From: Candidatus Lustribacter sp.
GTDB taxonomy: Bacteria > Vulcanimicrobiota > Vulcanimicrobiia > Vulcanimicrobiales > Vulcanimicrobiaceae
DNA: 64,000 bases
Direction: 5' to 3'
Assembly: GCA_965277805.1 (NCBI GenBank)
Contig: OZ255842.1
Span: 1,216,001 to 1,280,000, forward strand
This document shows, one piece after another, positions 1-9,404 of the stretch (positions within the stretch are counted from its first letter, which is position 1; each line of letters starts with the position of its first letter). The notes below the pieces were generated by a model, which worked only from the letters and a program-made list of their open reading frames with translations, was not told where the DNA came from and did not search any database. The position numbers and the translations under genes were made by a program.

Positions 1-117
1 TCCGAACCAGTTGCGCAGCGACTCGCCGTTCGTCCAGGCTGCGAACACGCGCTCGCGCGGTGCGTTGAAGGTGCGGCGGATGACCAGCGTCGGCGCTGCG
101 GTTTGCGTATTGCTCAT
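1..117 (-). CDS. SRPBCC/AHSA1-like domain protein (N-terminal part; runs off window)
   Basis: Manual translation MSNTQTAAPTLVIRRTFNAPRERVFAAWT; ATG overlaps the ArsR stop (ATGA); classic ArsR-SRPBCC pair. Confidence 0.85.
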   Translation of the reverse strand, partial: MSNTQTAAPTLVIRRTFNAPRERVFAAWTNGESLRNWFG

Positions 118-452
118 GATTTCGATTCACTCTCCGAAGTCAGCATGTGGTCGAGGCGGTCGAAGGAGGCGTTCCAGAAGTCTCGTTGGCGATCGAGCCA
201 CTGCGTCGCCGGATTCAGCGCGCGCGGTGCAAGCCGCAGATGGTGCTCGCGCCCGTGAACGGTGCGCTTGACGAGGCCGCAGCGCTCGAGCACTTTCAGG
301 TGCTTCGAGACGGCCGGGTGTGAGATGGAGAAGCCGGCCGCGATCGCGCCCGCCGTGAGTTCGCCCCGCGTCAGCCGCTCGACGATCGACCGCCGTACCG
401 GGTCTGCAAGTGCGCCGAACACGTCATCGAGGGTCTGTGATTGTTTAACCAT
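114..452 (-). CDS. ArsR/SmtB-family transcriptional regulator
   Basis: VFGALADPVRRSIV...ISHPAVSKHLKVLERCGLV winged HTH. Confidence 0.92.
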   Translation of the reverse strand: MVKQSQTLDDVFGALADPVRRSIVERLTRGELTAGAIAAGFSISHPAVSKHLKVLERCGLVKRTVHGREHHLRLAPRALNPATQWLDRQRDFWNASFDRLDHMLTSESESKS

Positions 453-489
453 CTGGTTAAATATTAGATCAAGAAAAGAAGCGTGTCAA
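444..489 (-). promoter_or_regulatory. Sigma70-type promoter with overlapping palindromic operator for the ArsR gene (probably leaderless)
   Basis: Minus strand TTGACA (489-484), 17 bp spacer, TAATAT (466-461); perfect inverted repeat TTTAACCA-TC-TGGTTAAA (444-461) over the ATG. Confidence 0.75.
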
Positions 490-2033
490 GCGGCGCGGAC
501 GCGGGCATGAAGGCGGCGGACGACGTCGCGGGCGGACTCCAGCGCGCCCGCTTGCCAGGCGGTGATATAGCTCATGTGCTCGCCGGCGAAATAGATCGCG
601 CCATCGGGTTCGCTCAATACCGGGTAGTCGTTCTTACGCGTGTCGGGCGTCCAGTCGGCCCACGCGCCCATGTTGTGCGGCGTTTTCTGCCACGCGACGG
701 AAAATGCCGAAACGAACTCATCGCCGTACTGCGGATGGATGGCCGTTCCTTGCCGCAGTGCGAGTTCGGCACGGTCGCGCGGCGCCAGATTGCCGATCGT
801 GCGCGCGGCGGCGCCCGCCGCGTAGGCGCCGGTCAGCACACCGCCGCCGCGGCCCAAAAAGCCGTACGCCGGATACCAGATCTGCGCGATCGTTTGGTCG
901 GTGCGCGAGATGCCGCTCATGATGCGGTCGTCCTGTTCCCAGAAGCGCCGTTTGAATGCGAGCGCGATCTTCGCCGAATCCATGTAGGCCACGCGATTCA
1001 TCGACGCGCGAACGTTTGGACTGAAGTCCGCCGGGATCGTGCGCAGCACGGGGAGCGGTATCGTGCAGATGCAGTACGCGCCTTCGATCGCCGCGCTCTC
1101 GCCGCGCGGCCCGGTATAGGTGATGCGCACGCCGCCCGGCGTCTTACGAATGGCGCTCACCGCGCACCCGTAACGCACGCGCTCGCGCAGACGGCGCGCA
1201 AACGCGTACGGCAGCGCGTCGATGCCGCCGACGGGCTGGAACATCGCCGGCTGCTGGTTGAACGAACGCTCCTCTTTCGAGAACGCGCCGAACCCGCCGC
1301 GAATCAGCGACATCAGATCGAGCGGATCCTCGGGCGTGCCGGCCGCCGGACCGGCCGCGGGTAATTCGCTGTAGCCGGCCGAGCCGTCGTTCACGTAGGC
1401 GTACGTTTTGTTCAACCCGCCGTTGTCGGCGAGGAAGTCCAGGAGCTTGGCTTTGTCTTCGCGGGTGAGCGGGGTGTCGAGCGCGCTCTGCGAGACGGCC
1501 TTCGCCAGAAGTTCCGACGTGTAGCCGGCGATCGCGTACTTGGCTTCGCGCATGCGCACGCGCTGCATTCCGGCCGGGGCTTGCGAGGAGTATTGGTACG
1601 CGTTGAGATTGACGTTCGTGAACAGCTCGATCGGCACTCCGAACTCGCGGTAGTAGTCGATCGTCACGTGGTGCTGCGGCACCCGCGCCGGGCCGGGATT
1701 GAAGTAGGCGCCCTCAGGAAACGACGCGACCTGCGAGGTGCCGTCGCTCTCGACGTGACGAGTGCCGGTGCGCACGGTCCACACGCGGCCGCCCGGCCGC
1801 TCGCGTGCTTCCAGCACGGTGCAGTCGTAGCCGGCCTTGCCCAATTCGTAGGCCGAGCACAAGCCCGCGACGCCGGCGCCGAGGATGATCACGCGCGTGC
1901 CGCGGCCCGAACCCTCGAGTGCGAGCGGCTCCGAAGCCGTGGCCGGTTCGAGCAGATCGAGCGCCGTCAGTACCGCGGTGGCCGAACCGCCGTACGCGGC
2001 GACGCGTTCGATGAATTCGCGCCGCGTTCGCAT
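486..2033 (-). CDS. Flavin monoamine oxidase / L-amino-acid oxidase family protein
   Basis: VIILGAGVAGL FAD motif, LEARERPGGR, C-terminal FAGEH...WQAGALES; TRREFI twin-Arg-like N-terminus. Confidence 0.9.
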   Translation of the reverse strand: MRTRREFIERVAAYGGSATAVLTALDLLEPATASEPLALEGSGRGTRVIILGAGVAGLCSAYELGKAGYDCTVLEARERPGGRVWTVRTGTRHVESDGTSQVASFPEGAYFNPGPARVPQHHVTIDYYREFGVPIELFTNVNLNAYQYSSQAPAGMQRVRMREAKYAIAGYTSELLAKAVSQSALDTPLTREDKAKLLDFLADNGGLNKTYAYVNDGSAGYSELPAAGPAAGTPEDPLDLMSLIRGGFGAFSKEERSFNQQPAMFQPVGGIDALPYAFARRLRERVRYGCAVSAIRKTPGGVRITYTGPRGESAAIEGAYCICTIPLPVLRTIPADFSPNVRASMNRVAYMDSAKIALAFKRRFWEQDDRIMSGISRTDQTIAQIWYPAYGFLGRGGGVLTGAYAAGAAARTIGNLAPRDRAELALRQGTAIHPQYGDEFVSAFSVAWQKTPHNMGAWADWTPDTRKNDYPVLSEPDGAIYFAGEHMSYITAWQAGALESARDVVRRLHARVRAA

Positions 2034-2090
2034 GACGCGATCTTGCTCTCGCGAGCGCGCCTGCCTTGGGCCATTCGGTTAAGCCGCGCG

Positions 2091-3026
2091 TTACTTCGTG
2101 TAGATTAGTTCCGCGGCGGGGAACGCGTCGAGGAGTTTATAGTGCGCCGAGAGGTCGATCGTCGGCTGGATCGCGGCCGGCGTGAGCGTTTCACCGAACT
2201 TCGCGCGGTAGCTCGCTCGTACGAGCGCCGGATCGAGCTTCGTGTACTTGGCCAAGATGTCGGCGGATTTATCGGGGTTGGCGTTCGCCCACAGCGCCGT
2301 CTCGCGCATTGCGGCTTGGAACTTGTGCAAGAGATCGGGGTGGGAGTCGGCCCACTGACGGGTGGTGAAATAGCCGGCGATCATCCAGCCGTTGCCGAGC
2401 GCGTCGTAGGCTTTGGCGAACACTTTGGAGGTCGCTTTGGCCTGCGTGATTTGCGGTTCGGCGATGAAGCTCGCATCCACGCGGTGTTCGGCCAAAGCTG
2501 CGGGCGTATCCGCCGGCGCGATCTCGACGAACTTCATCGTCGATGAATCGCCGCCGTGCTGATCGATCCACAGCGACGGCGCGTACTGGGCGATGTTCTT
2601 GAGCCCGTTCACGCCGAACGTTTTGCCGTTGAGGTCCTTGGCCGTCTTGATCGGCGAATCTTTAGGCACCATGATCACCGAGGTCGGCGCGGCGCTCGAA
2701 TAGATCGCCGAGTTCGCGACGAAGACGAACGGCAGCCCTTTCTTGTACGCCAGCTCGATCGAAACCGCATTGGAGAAGCCGATGTCGACGGCGCCCGATG
2801 CAACGGCCGCGGCGATCGCCGGACCGTTGTTGACCGGATCGATCGTCACGTCGAGGCCCTGCTTCGCGAAGAAGCCCATGTCTTTCGCGTAAAAGACCTG
2901 CGAGCCGGCATCGAACGGTATCGTCTGCAAATGGAGCGCCTGCATGGACTGCGACGCGCCCGGCATGCTGCTGCCGGCGAATACGGCCGCGAGTGCGGCC
3001 AGCGCAAGGAGGGCCTGACGCCGCAC
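2091..3026 (-). CDS. ABC transporter substrate-binding protein (NMT1/SsuA-like)
   Basis: Signal peptide; GFFAKQGLDV, AAVASGAVDIG, IKTAKDLNGK motifs. Confidence 0.88.
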   Translation of the reverse strand: MRRQALLALAALAAVFAGSSMPGASQSMQALHLQTIPFDAGSQVFYAKDMGFFAKQGLDVTIDPVNNGPAIAAAVASGAVDIGFSNAVSIELAYKKGLPFVFVANSAIYSSAAPTSVIMVPKDSPIKTAKDLNGKTFGVNGLKNIAQYAPSLWIDQHGGDSSTMKFVEIAPADTPAALAEHRVDASFIAEPQITQAKATSKVFAKAYDALGNGWMIAGYFTTRQWADSHPDLLHKFQAAMRETALWANANPDKSADILAKYTKLDPALVRASYRAKFGETLTPAAIQPTIDLSAHYKLLDAFPAAELIYTK

Positions 3027-3027
3027 G

Positions 3028-4287
3028 CTAGCGCGCGCCGATTAGCAGGATGTCTTTGCCGCCGTCAACGACCGGCACGTCGCGCGGCAGCATGAAGTCG
3101 CCGGGCCGCACTTTGTACGCCTTCGGATTGTTGGCTTCGGGCGGCTCGATGCCGTTCATCAGATTTTTCACCGTCGTCAGCAGCCGTTTGCGCAGCGCGA
3201 TGATCGCGCGATCGGAGCTGGTGAGCAGTTCGTCGCTGCGATTGGCGATCGGTCCGCGCTGGTCTTCCGAGATCGCAAGATCTTGCGCCACGATCGACTT
3301 GATGCCGGTGAACGTCTGGTGCTTCTGCTCGTCGCGATCGATCAAGTAGTCGTTGTCGAGGTTCTCCACCATGCGGTCGGTGCCCGGAATCACTTCCGGC
3401 ACGAACACGCCCGCATTGTAGTACTCGCGTTCTTTATCGGTGATCGGGCGATCGGGCGAGGCGATGACGCGGAAGAGGAACGAGTGCTCGTCATCGATCG
3501 GACAGCGGAGCTGCGCGAGAATCGGTACGCCGGGTTCGGCGGCGATCAGCGTGCAGAACGGCATCAGCCACTGGTTCACGCGCCACTGGAACGTGTCGGG
3601 GCCGGCGTTGCGCTGGGCCGAGAGCATGATGCCGTAGTCGGTGTCGAGCGTAAACCAGCGCGGGCTCTTATCGACGAACGTGTTCGGGTTCACGCGGCCG
3701 CCGCCCAGTGAGTTGCTGCCGAACGAGCTGTGCAGAAACGAAACGTGGCTCGAGTCGACGTCGCCTTCTTGCATCTGTGCGAAGTTGCCGCGCAGCTTCA
3801 CTTTGACGATGTGCCGGTGCGTCGGCGGCGCATTGAAAACTTCAGCGTCGGGGAAGGGCGGAATCTTGTCGGCCGGACCCATGTAGGCCCAGATGATGCC
3901 GCCGCGTTCGAGCGCCGGATAGGCGGTCGTATGCACCTTGTTCTTGAGCGTCGGCCCTTCGGGACAGTTGGGCAGATCGACGCAGTCGCCGTTAACGTCG
4001 AACTTCCAGCCGTGATAGACGCAGCGCAGGCCCGCTTCTTCGTTACGGCCCCAGAAGAGGTTTGCGCGCCGGTGCGGGCAGTACGCCTCGAGCAATCCGA
4101 GCTTGCCGTTCGTATCGCGGAACGCGACCAGGTTCTCACCAAGCACGTTGACGCGCACCGGCGGCGAGTCGGGTCCGCCCAACTCGTCGGCCAGCATTAC
4201 GGGCGCCCAGAAGCGGCGGTAGAGCGTGCCCATCGGCGTGCCCGGCCCGGTGCGGATGAGGAGTTCGTTGTCGGCCTTGCTCAGCAT
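3028..4287 (-). CDS. Rieske non-heme iron oxygenase (phthalate 4,5-dioxygenase/LigX-like alpha subunit)
   Basis: CPHR-x16-CVYHGW Rieske motif; EGDVDSSHVSFLH iron motif; TGPGTPMG N-terminus. Confidence 0.92.
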   Translation of the reverse strand: MLSKADNELLIRTGPGTPMGTLYRRFWAPVMLADELGGPDSPPVRVNVLGENLVAFRDTNGKLGLLEAYCPHRRANLFWGRNEEAGLRCVYHGWKFDVNGDCVDLPNCPEGPTLKNKVHTTAYPALERGGIIWAYMGPADKIPPFPDAEVFNAPPTHRHIVKVKLRGNFAQMQEGDVDSSHVSFLHSSFGSNSLGGGRVNPNTFVDKSPRWFTLDTDYGIMLSAQRNAGPDTFQWRVNQWLMPFCTLIAAEPGVPILAQLRCPIDDEHSFLFRVIASPDRPITDKEREYYNAGVFVPEVIPGTDRMVENLDNDYLIDRDEQKHQTFTGIKSIVAQDLAISEDQRGPIANRSDELLTSSDRAIIALRKRLLTTVKNLMNGIEPPEANNPKAYKVRPGDFMLPRDVPVVDGGKDILLIGAR

Positions 4288-4319
4288 GAGCAGGTTTTCG
4301 CTTTCGCTCAGGCGGTGGC

Positions 4320-4931
4320 CTACGGTAGGGCGTTCCCTCCGGGAGCCAGGTAAGCGAAAACCAGTTGCGTCAATTCACCAGCGAAGACCGGCGATAGCAA
4401 GTCACCGTTGCGCGCTGCCCCGTGAACGGCCCCTTCGATTGCCGACAGGGTAACGCGGGCGATGACGTCCTGATGTGCTCTGGTCGCGCCGGGCCGGTGA
4501 ATGAGCGACGCGAGTTGCTGCTGCATCGGTGCGTACGGGTTTTCCAAATCCGGCGCCGTGGTCGTGGGCGGAACCTCTTCTTCGAGCACGCGGTGCAGGG
4601 CCGGATCGATCGTGTGCGCTTCGATCATGCCCGAGACGAGACGCTTCACGCGGTCGTGAATCGTGACCAAGTCGGCGGAATGGCAAGCCGTCTCGATCGC
4701 CGCCTGGAGATCGGCGAAGTGCGCGCGTTTGATCGCCAACACGAGGGAGGCTTTGTTCGGGAAGTACTGATAGAGCGAGCCGATGCTGACGCCCGCGACG
4801 GCTGCTACTTTGTTGGTGGTGAAGCCGGCCCATCCAACCATTGCCAGAACGCGAGCAGCTGCGCTCACGATGGCGTCGACGGTTTCTTGCGAACGCGCCT
4901 GTTGCGGCACTTTTCGCATCGTTTTTCTCAT
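4320..4931 (-). CDS. TetR/AcrR-family regulator
   Basis: RKVPQQARSQETVDAI...TTNKVAAVAGVSIGSLYQYFPNK; start trimmed from the long ORF to MRKTMRK. Confidence 0.9.
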   Translation of the reverse strand: MRKTMRKVPQQARSQETVDAIVSAAARVLAMVGWAGFTTNKVAAVAGVSIGSLYQYFPNKASLVLAIKRAHFADLQAAIETACHSADLVTIHDRVKRLVSGMIEAHTIDPALHRVLEEEVPPTTTAPDLENPYAPMQQQLASLIHRPGATRAHQDVIARVTLSAIEGAVHGAARNGDLLSPVFAGELTQLVFAYLAPGGNALP

Positions 4932-4968
4932 CGGACGAATGCGAGTAGCCAATTCAGAACCCCTTACG

Positions 4969-4992
4969 TATAATTGTGAGTATAAGCTCACA
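4969..4992 (+). promoter_or_regulatory. -10 box and palindromic putative TetR operator between divergent genes
   Basis: TATAAT at 4969-4974 followed by TGTGAG-N6-CTCACA at 4975-4992. Confidence 0.6.
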
Positions 4993-5006
4993 TTAGGAGT
5001 AAGGCA

Positions 5007-5969
5007 ATAAAAGCTGCAGTCGTCCGCAATTTCGGAAGCGAACCGGAGTACGGTGATTTCGAAGAACCCGTTCCGCGCGCGGACGAAGTGGTCGTCAGCG
5101 TCACCGCATGCGCGCTCAGTAATTTCACCAAAGCTCGGGCATCGGGGAAGCATCCGTCGTACACGGCGCTGCCGCCGTTCGTGGCTGGGTTCGACGGCGT
5201 CGGCCGGCTGGACGGCGGTCAGCGCGTTTACTTTTCGTTTCCCCGCGAGCCGTTCGGAGCGATGGCGCAGCGGACGGTCGTGCCGGCGTCGCAATGCATT
5301 CCCGCTCCCGGCGCAATCAGCGACGTCACGCTGGCCGCGCTGGTCGATCCCGGCTTCTCGGCTTGGGCGGCGCTCAAATCGCGCGCGTGCTTCGTTCGCG
5401 GCGAAACGGTCTTGGTCAACGGCGCGACGGGAACGGCCGGGTCGATGGCGGTGCAGATCGCAAAGCATCTCGGCGCATCGAAGGTCATCGCAACCGGGCG
5501 TAACGGTGCGGCACTCGAGCGAATCCGCGATCGGGGTGCAGACATCACAATGACGTTGACGGACGACGGCGCCGCGATGGATCGCGTACTACTCGAGGAG
5601 CAGTTCGCCGGCGGTGTCGACATCGTGCTCGATTATCTATGGGGCCCCAGCGCCGAGCAGCTCTTGCGTGCGGCTGCACGGGCACAACGTGCGCCGCTCC
5701 GCTTCGTGCAGATCGGAGCCGTCAGTTCGGAAAACCTCACGCTCGACGCCCGCGTGCTGCGCCACTCAGCGATCCGCATGCTCGGGTGCAGCGTCGCCAA
5801 CGTTTCGCCGCCGCAAATCGCCGCGGCCGTTTCGGATCTCATCGCCGCGTCGTCGGCGGCGGGTTTCGTGGTCGACACGGCGACGGTGCCGCTCGACCAG
5901 GTCGCCGGCGTCTGGTCGAAGGCCAGTGCGACGCCCCGGATCGTCTTCGCAATCGCGCCCGGCGGTTGA
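5007..5969 (+). CDS. MDR-family (quinone oxidoreductase-like) dehydrogenase with apparent ATA start
   Basis: VLVNGATGTAG, DIVLDYLWG; frame extends upstream to (I)KAAVV with AGGAG 7 nt before ATA. Confidence 0.85.
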   Translation: MKAAVVRNFGSEPEYGDFEEPVPRADEVVVSVTACALSNFTKARASGKHPSYTALPPFVAGFDGVGRLDGGQRVYFSFPREPFGAMAQRTVVPASQCIPAPGAISDVTLAALVDPGFSAWAALKSRACFVRGETVLVNGATGTAGSMAVQIAKHLGASKVIATGRNGAALERIRDRGADITMTLTDDGAAMDRVLLEEQFAGGVDIVLDYLWGPSAEQLLRAAARAQRAPLRFVQIGAVSSENLTLDARVLRHSAIRMLGCSVANVSPPQIAAAVSDLIAASSAAGFVVDTATVPLDQVAGVWSKASATPRIVFAIAPGG

Positions 5970-5985
5970 TTTACCTATGGTAAAT
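5969..5985. promoter_or_regulatory. Palindrome, putative IclR operator 1
   Basis: ATTTACC-TAT-GGTAAAT immediately upstream of the IclR gene. Confidence 0.6.
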
Positions 5986-6002
5986 GCTGTTTACTAGACC
6001 GC

Positions 6003-6797
6003 GTGGATAGGGCGGCGCCGCGGCGCATCGGCGCGATCGAAGTCGGGTTCCGCCTCGTGCGGGTTTTGGAAGCGGCCGACGGTCCGCTGCCGCTCAAGGA
6101 TCTCTCGGAACTCGCGGGCATGCCGCCGAGTAAAGCGTACGCGTACTGCGCGAGTTTCTTGCACGAGGGGCTGCTTGCCCAGGACGCCGTCACCGGCCGC
6201 TATGGGCTCGGGCCGTTCGCGATGTCGCTCGGCGTTGCGGCGCTGCGCCAGTCGGATCTGGTCGAGGTCGCGCGGCGCGATTCGACCGCTTTAAGTGAAG
6301 CGACGACGTGTTCGGTCTTGCTCTGCACGTGGGGCAACCGCGGGCCCGCGATCGTGTACCGGGTGGACGGCAAACGCCGCGGCCCGACGTCGGTGCGCGT
6401 CGGTTACGTGCTGCCGGTCTGGCGCTCGGCCGCAGGCCGGGTGTTCCTCGCGTATCTGCCCGAACGCGATACGGCGGCGCTGCTGCATGAAGAAGAACCG
6501 GCACTCACGGCGGCCGAGCTGTCGGCGGAGATCGCGCGCATCCGCGCGGCCGGCTTTGCGCTGACGGGCGAAGGCGATGAATTTTCCGGCATCGCGGCGC
6601 CGGTGCTCGATCATGATGGAACTCTCGTCGCAGCGCTCACGTTGAGTCGCCCATACGGCGAAAACACGCGCGAACGGCGGCTCGAATTAGGCGCGGTCGT
6701 GCGTGAAGCAGCCGCCGGAATCTCGAAGCAACTCGGACACGCGACGCAGGGCTCGCTGCGCGGTCTGGGAAAAACAAACGCGACAAACCGGATTTAG
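6003..6797 (+). CDS. IclR-family regulator
   Basis: N-terminal HTH (LKDLSELAGMPPSKAYAY), SAAGRVFLA, GIAAPVLDHDG. Confidence 0.92.
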   Translation: MDRAAPRRIGAIEVGFRLVRVLEAADGPLPLKDLSELAGMPPSKAYAYCASFLHEGLLAQDAVTGRYGLGPFAMSLGVAALRQSDLVEVARRDSTALSEATTCSVLLCTWGNRGPAIVYRVDGKRRGPTSVRVGYVLPVWRSAAGRVFLAYLPERDTAALLHEEEPALTAAELSAEIARIRAAGFALTGEGDEFSGIAAPVLDHDGTLVAALTLSRPYGENTRERRLELGAVVREAAAGISKQLGHATQGSLRGLGKTNATNRI

Positions 6798-6808
6798 TAA
6801 TAGTAAAT
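6792..6808. promoter_or_regulatory. Putative IclR operator 2 upstream of the ABC/RLP operon
   Basis: ATTTA-N7-TAAAT, same 17 bp frame as the site at 5969-5985. Confidence 0.5.
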
Positions 6809-6833
6809 TCTTTCTTACGCGTCGGGAGGCTTT

Positions 6834-7817
6834 ATGACTCGTTCGATCGTCTTGCGCGGCATAGCCGGGCTGCTCGGAATCACCGTCATGCTTGCCGGCG
6901 CCACGCGCACCGCGCAAACCGCAGCACCGGAAGAGATTCGCGTCGGACGAGCGGTGTCGACCGCGTTTGCGTTCGCAACGCTGGAAGTCGGCAACGACGC
7001 GCACATCTGGGATAAAGTCGGTCTGAAGCTCGACATCTCGACGTTCAAGGGCGATGCCGACGTGCAGCGCGCCATGACGGCCGCGCAGATCGACTTCGGC
7101 CTCGGCGGCGGACCCGCGATGGGCTATCACAACAAAGGCGTTCCGGGCATCGCCGTTGCGTCGATGTACGGTCCGCCGACCGACATGGCGATCGTCGTCG
7201 CCAACAACGGTCCGATCAAGAACGTTAACGATTTCAAAGGCAAGAAGCTCGGCGTCACGACGGCCGGCTCGCTGACCGACTGGCTCGTGCACGCGTTTGC
7301 GCAAAAACAGGGCTGGGGCCCCGAGGGCGTTGACTCGGTCGCGATGGGCTCGACCGAAGCGCGCGTTTCAGCGATCGAGTCCGGGCAGATTGCCGGCACC
7401 GTGCAAGATATCGGCGTCGGCTACGATCTCGAAACGCAAGGCAAAGGCAAGGTCTTCAAAACGTTCGGCGACTACGTGCCGAAATTCGAAACGCACGTGC
7501 TCTTCGCCACCGACGACATGATCAAGAACCATCCCGACACCGTGAAGAAATTTCTGCGCGGCTGGTTCATGACCGTCGCCTACATGCGCACGCACAAGGC
7601 CGAGACGGTGAAGTCGATCGCGCCGGTACTCGGCGAATCCGAAGCCATCGTCGGGCGCCTCTACGACAACGACATGTCGGCGATGTCGAGCAACGGAGCC
7701 TGGGATCCGCAAGCGGTCTCCGTGGTCGCGCAATCGCTGAAGGACCTCGGCCTCTCCGACACCGTCCTCGATCCGAAGGTCATGCTCAACTCGCAGTTCG
7801 TGCCCGTCAAGATCTGA
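6834..7817 (+). CDS. ABC transporter substrate-binding protein (nitrate/sulfonate-type)
   Basis: Signal peptide, IKNVNDFKGKKLGVT; first gene of a complete ABC set. Confidence 0.9.
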   Translation: MTRSIVLRGIAGLLGITVMLAGATRTAQTAAPEEIRVGRAVSTAFAFATLEVGNDAHIWDKVGLKLDISTFKGDADVQRAMTAAQIDFGLGGGPAMGYHNKGVPGIAVASMYGPPTDMAIVVANNGPIKNVNDFKGKKLGVTTAGSLTDWLVHAFAQKQGWGPEGVDSVAMGSTEARVSAIESGQIAGTVQDIGVGYDLETQGKGKVFKTFGDYVPKFETHVLFATDDMIKNHPDTVKKFLRGWFMTVAYMRTHKAETVKSIAPVLGESEAIVGRLYDNDMSAMSSNGAWDPQAVSVVAQSLKDLGLSDTVLDPKVMLNSQFVPVKI

Positions 7818-7825
7818 GTTCCACC

Positions 7826-8641
7826 GTGCCGCCTGCGATCGTCGTCGATCGCGTCTCGCAACTGTTCCCGGGTGCGAACGGTGCGCCGGACGCCCGTGCC
7901 CTGGACGAAGTCTCGCTCGAGATCAACCGCGGCGAGTTCGTGTGTCTGCTCGGCCCGTCCGGCTGCGGTAAGAGCACGCTGCTGAACATCATCGGCGGTC
8001 TGCTCGCGCCGACGAACGGCGGCGTGAAGATCGGCGAGAAGGCCGTGCGCGGCCCGTTGCCGAGCGACGTCGCGTTCGTGTTCCAAGAGAGCACGCTCTT
8101 GCCGTGGTACACGGTGCTCGAGAACTTTCGCGTGTCGCTGGAATTCCAGGGCCGTACCGACGGCTGGCGCGAGCACTCGCTGGCCGCGTTGTCCGAAGTC
8201 GGCATGCAAGGCTTTTCCGGCTACTATCCGAGCCAGCTCTCGATCGGGATGAAGCAGCGCATCAACATGGCGCGCGGCATCGCGCTCGATACCGGCATCC
8301 TCTTGATGGACGAACCGTTCGCCGCGCTCGACGAGCAGACGCGCCTCGTGCTGGGCGAAGATCTCTCGGTGCTGCTCGCGCGCACCGGCAAGACGATCGT
8401 GTTCGTCACCCATTCGCTCTCCGAAGCGGTGCTGCTGGCCGATCGCATCGTGGTTATGACCGCGCGCCCGGGCAAGATCAAGTCAATCATCTCCGTCGGC
8501 GAACCGCACCCGCGCTCGCCCGACTTCATGCTGCAGCCGCATTTCTCGGAAATCCGCAACCAGTGCTACGAGCTGCTGCGCGATGAGATCCGCACGACCG
8601 TCGATGCAATGCGCGAGGCTCGCGATGCTCGCACCGGCTAA
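7826..8641 (+). CDS. ABC transporter ATP-binding protein (TauB/SsuB-like)
   Basis: GPSGCGKST, LSIGMKQR, LLMDEPFAALD, FVTH. Confidence 0.95.
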   Translation: MPPAIVVDRVSQLFPGANGAPDARALDEVSLEINRGEFVCLLGPSGCGKSTLLNIIGGLLAPTNGGVKIGEKAVRGPLPSDVAFVFQESTLLPWYTVLENFRVSLEFQGRTDGWREHSLAALSEVGMQGFSGYYPSQLSIGMKQRINMARGIALDTGILLMDEPFAALDEQTRLVLGEDLSVLLARTGKTIVFVTHSLSEAVLLADRIVVMTARPGKIKSIISVGEPHPRSPDFMLQPHFSEIRNQCYELLRDEIRTTVDAMREARDARTG

Positions 8642-9404
8642 CGCCGCCGCACTGCGCCAAACCTCGATCGTTCGCGCGATCCAGCTCGCCGTCGTGGTCG
8701 CGCTGTTTGCCCTTTGGGTCGGCCTCACGTCGTCGCACGCGGTCAACTCGCTCTTTCTGCCGGCGCCGCTCGCGGTGCTCGGGGCGCTCTCGCACTTGGT
8801 CGGCACGCAGAGCTTTTGGGGCGCGATCGGCGTCACCGCGCTCTCGACCGCGGTCGCCTATGCGATCGCGTCGACCTTGGGCGTGGTGTGCGGGTTCTTC
8901 ATCGGCCGCTCACCGCGGCTCACGATCGCGTACCGGCCGATCCTCTCCGGAATGTTCGCAATTCCGTTGACGCTGTTCTTTCCGCTCTTCGTCGTGATGT
9001 TCGGGCTCGGACCGCCCTCGAAGATCGCGTTCGGCGCGCTCTACGGGTTCTTCCCGATCGTGCTGAATACGATCGCCGGCTTCTCGGGCATCGACCGGCT
9101 GTTCTTGCGCGCGGCGCAGTCGCAAGGCGCGACACGCGTGCAAATGCTGCGCTACATCTTCGTTCCGGGCGCTTGGCCGATCGTGCTGACCGGCTTGCGC
9201 ATCGGGTTTTTCATTACGTTCGCCTCCGTGCTGGGCGGCGAAACGCTGTCGTCGGCCTCGGGCGTTGGGCACGCCATCGCGCACGAAGGCGACTTGCTCG
9301 AGAGCCCGGCGATGTTCGCCTGGATCACGATCGTTCTCAGCGTCACGGTCGTGCTCAACATCGTGCTCTCGGTGGTGGAAAAACGTGCAGTCCGTAGCGC
9401 GTAG
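8625..9404 (+). CDS. ABC transporter permease
   Basis: Hydrophobic helices; AAQSQGATRVQ EAA-like loop; start trimmed to MLAPA. Confidence 0.88.
   Translation: MLAPANAAALRQTSIVRAIQLAVVVALFALWVGLTSSHAVNSLFLPAPLAVLGALSHLVGTQSFWGAIGVTALSTAVAYAIASTLGVVCGFFIGRSPRLTIAYRPILSGMFAIPLTLFFPLFVVMFGLGPPSKIAFGALYGFFPIVLNTIAGFSGIDRLFLRAAQSQGATRVQMLRYIFVPGAWPIVLTGLRIGFFITFASVLGGETLSSASGVGHAIAHEGDLLESPAMFAWITIVLSVTVVLNIVLSVVEKRAVRSA

Noticed and set aside
4975-4992. CRP-binding site
   Set aside because: TGTGA and TCACA are 8 bp apart rather than 6; better explained as the operator of the adjacent TetR
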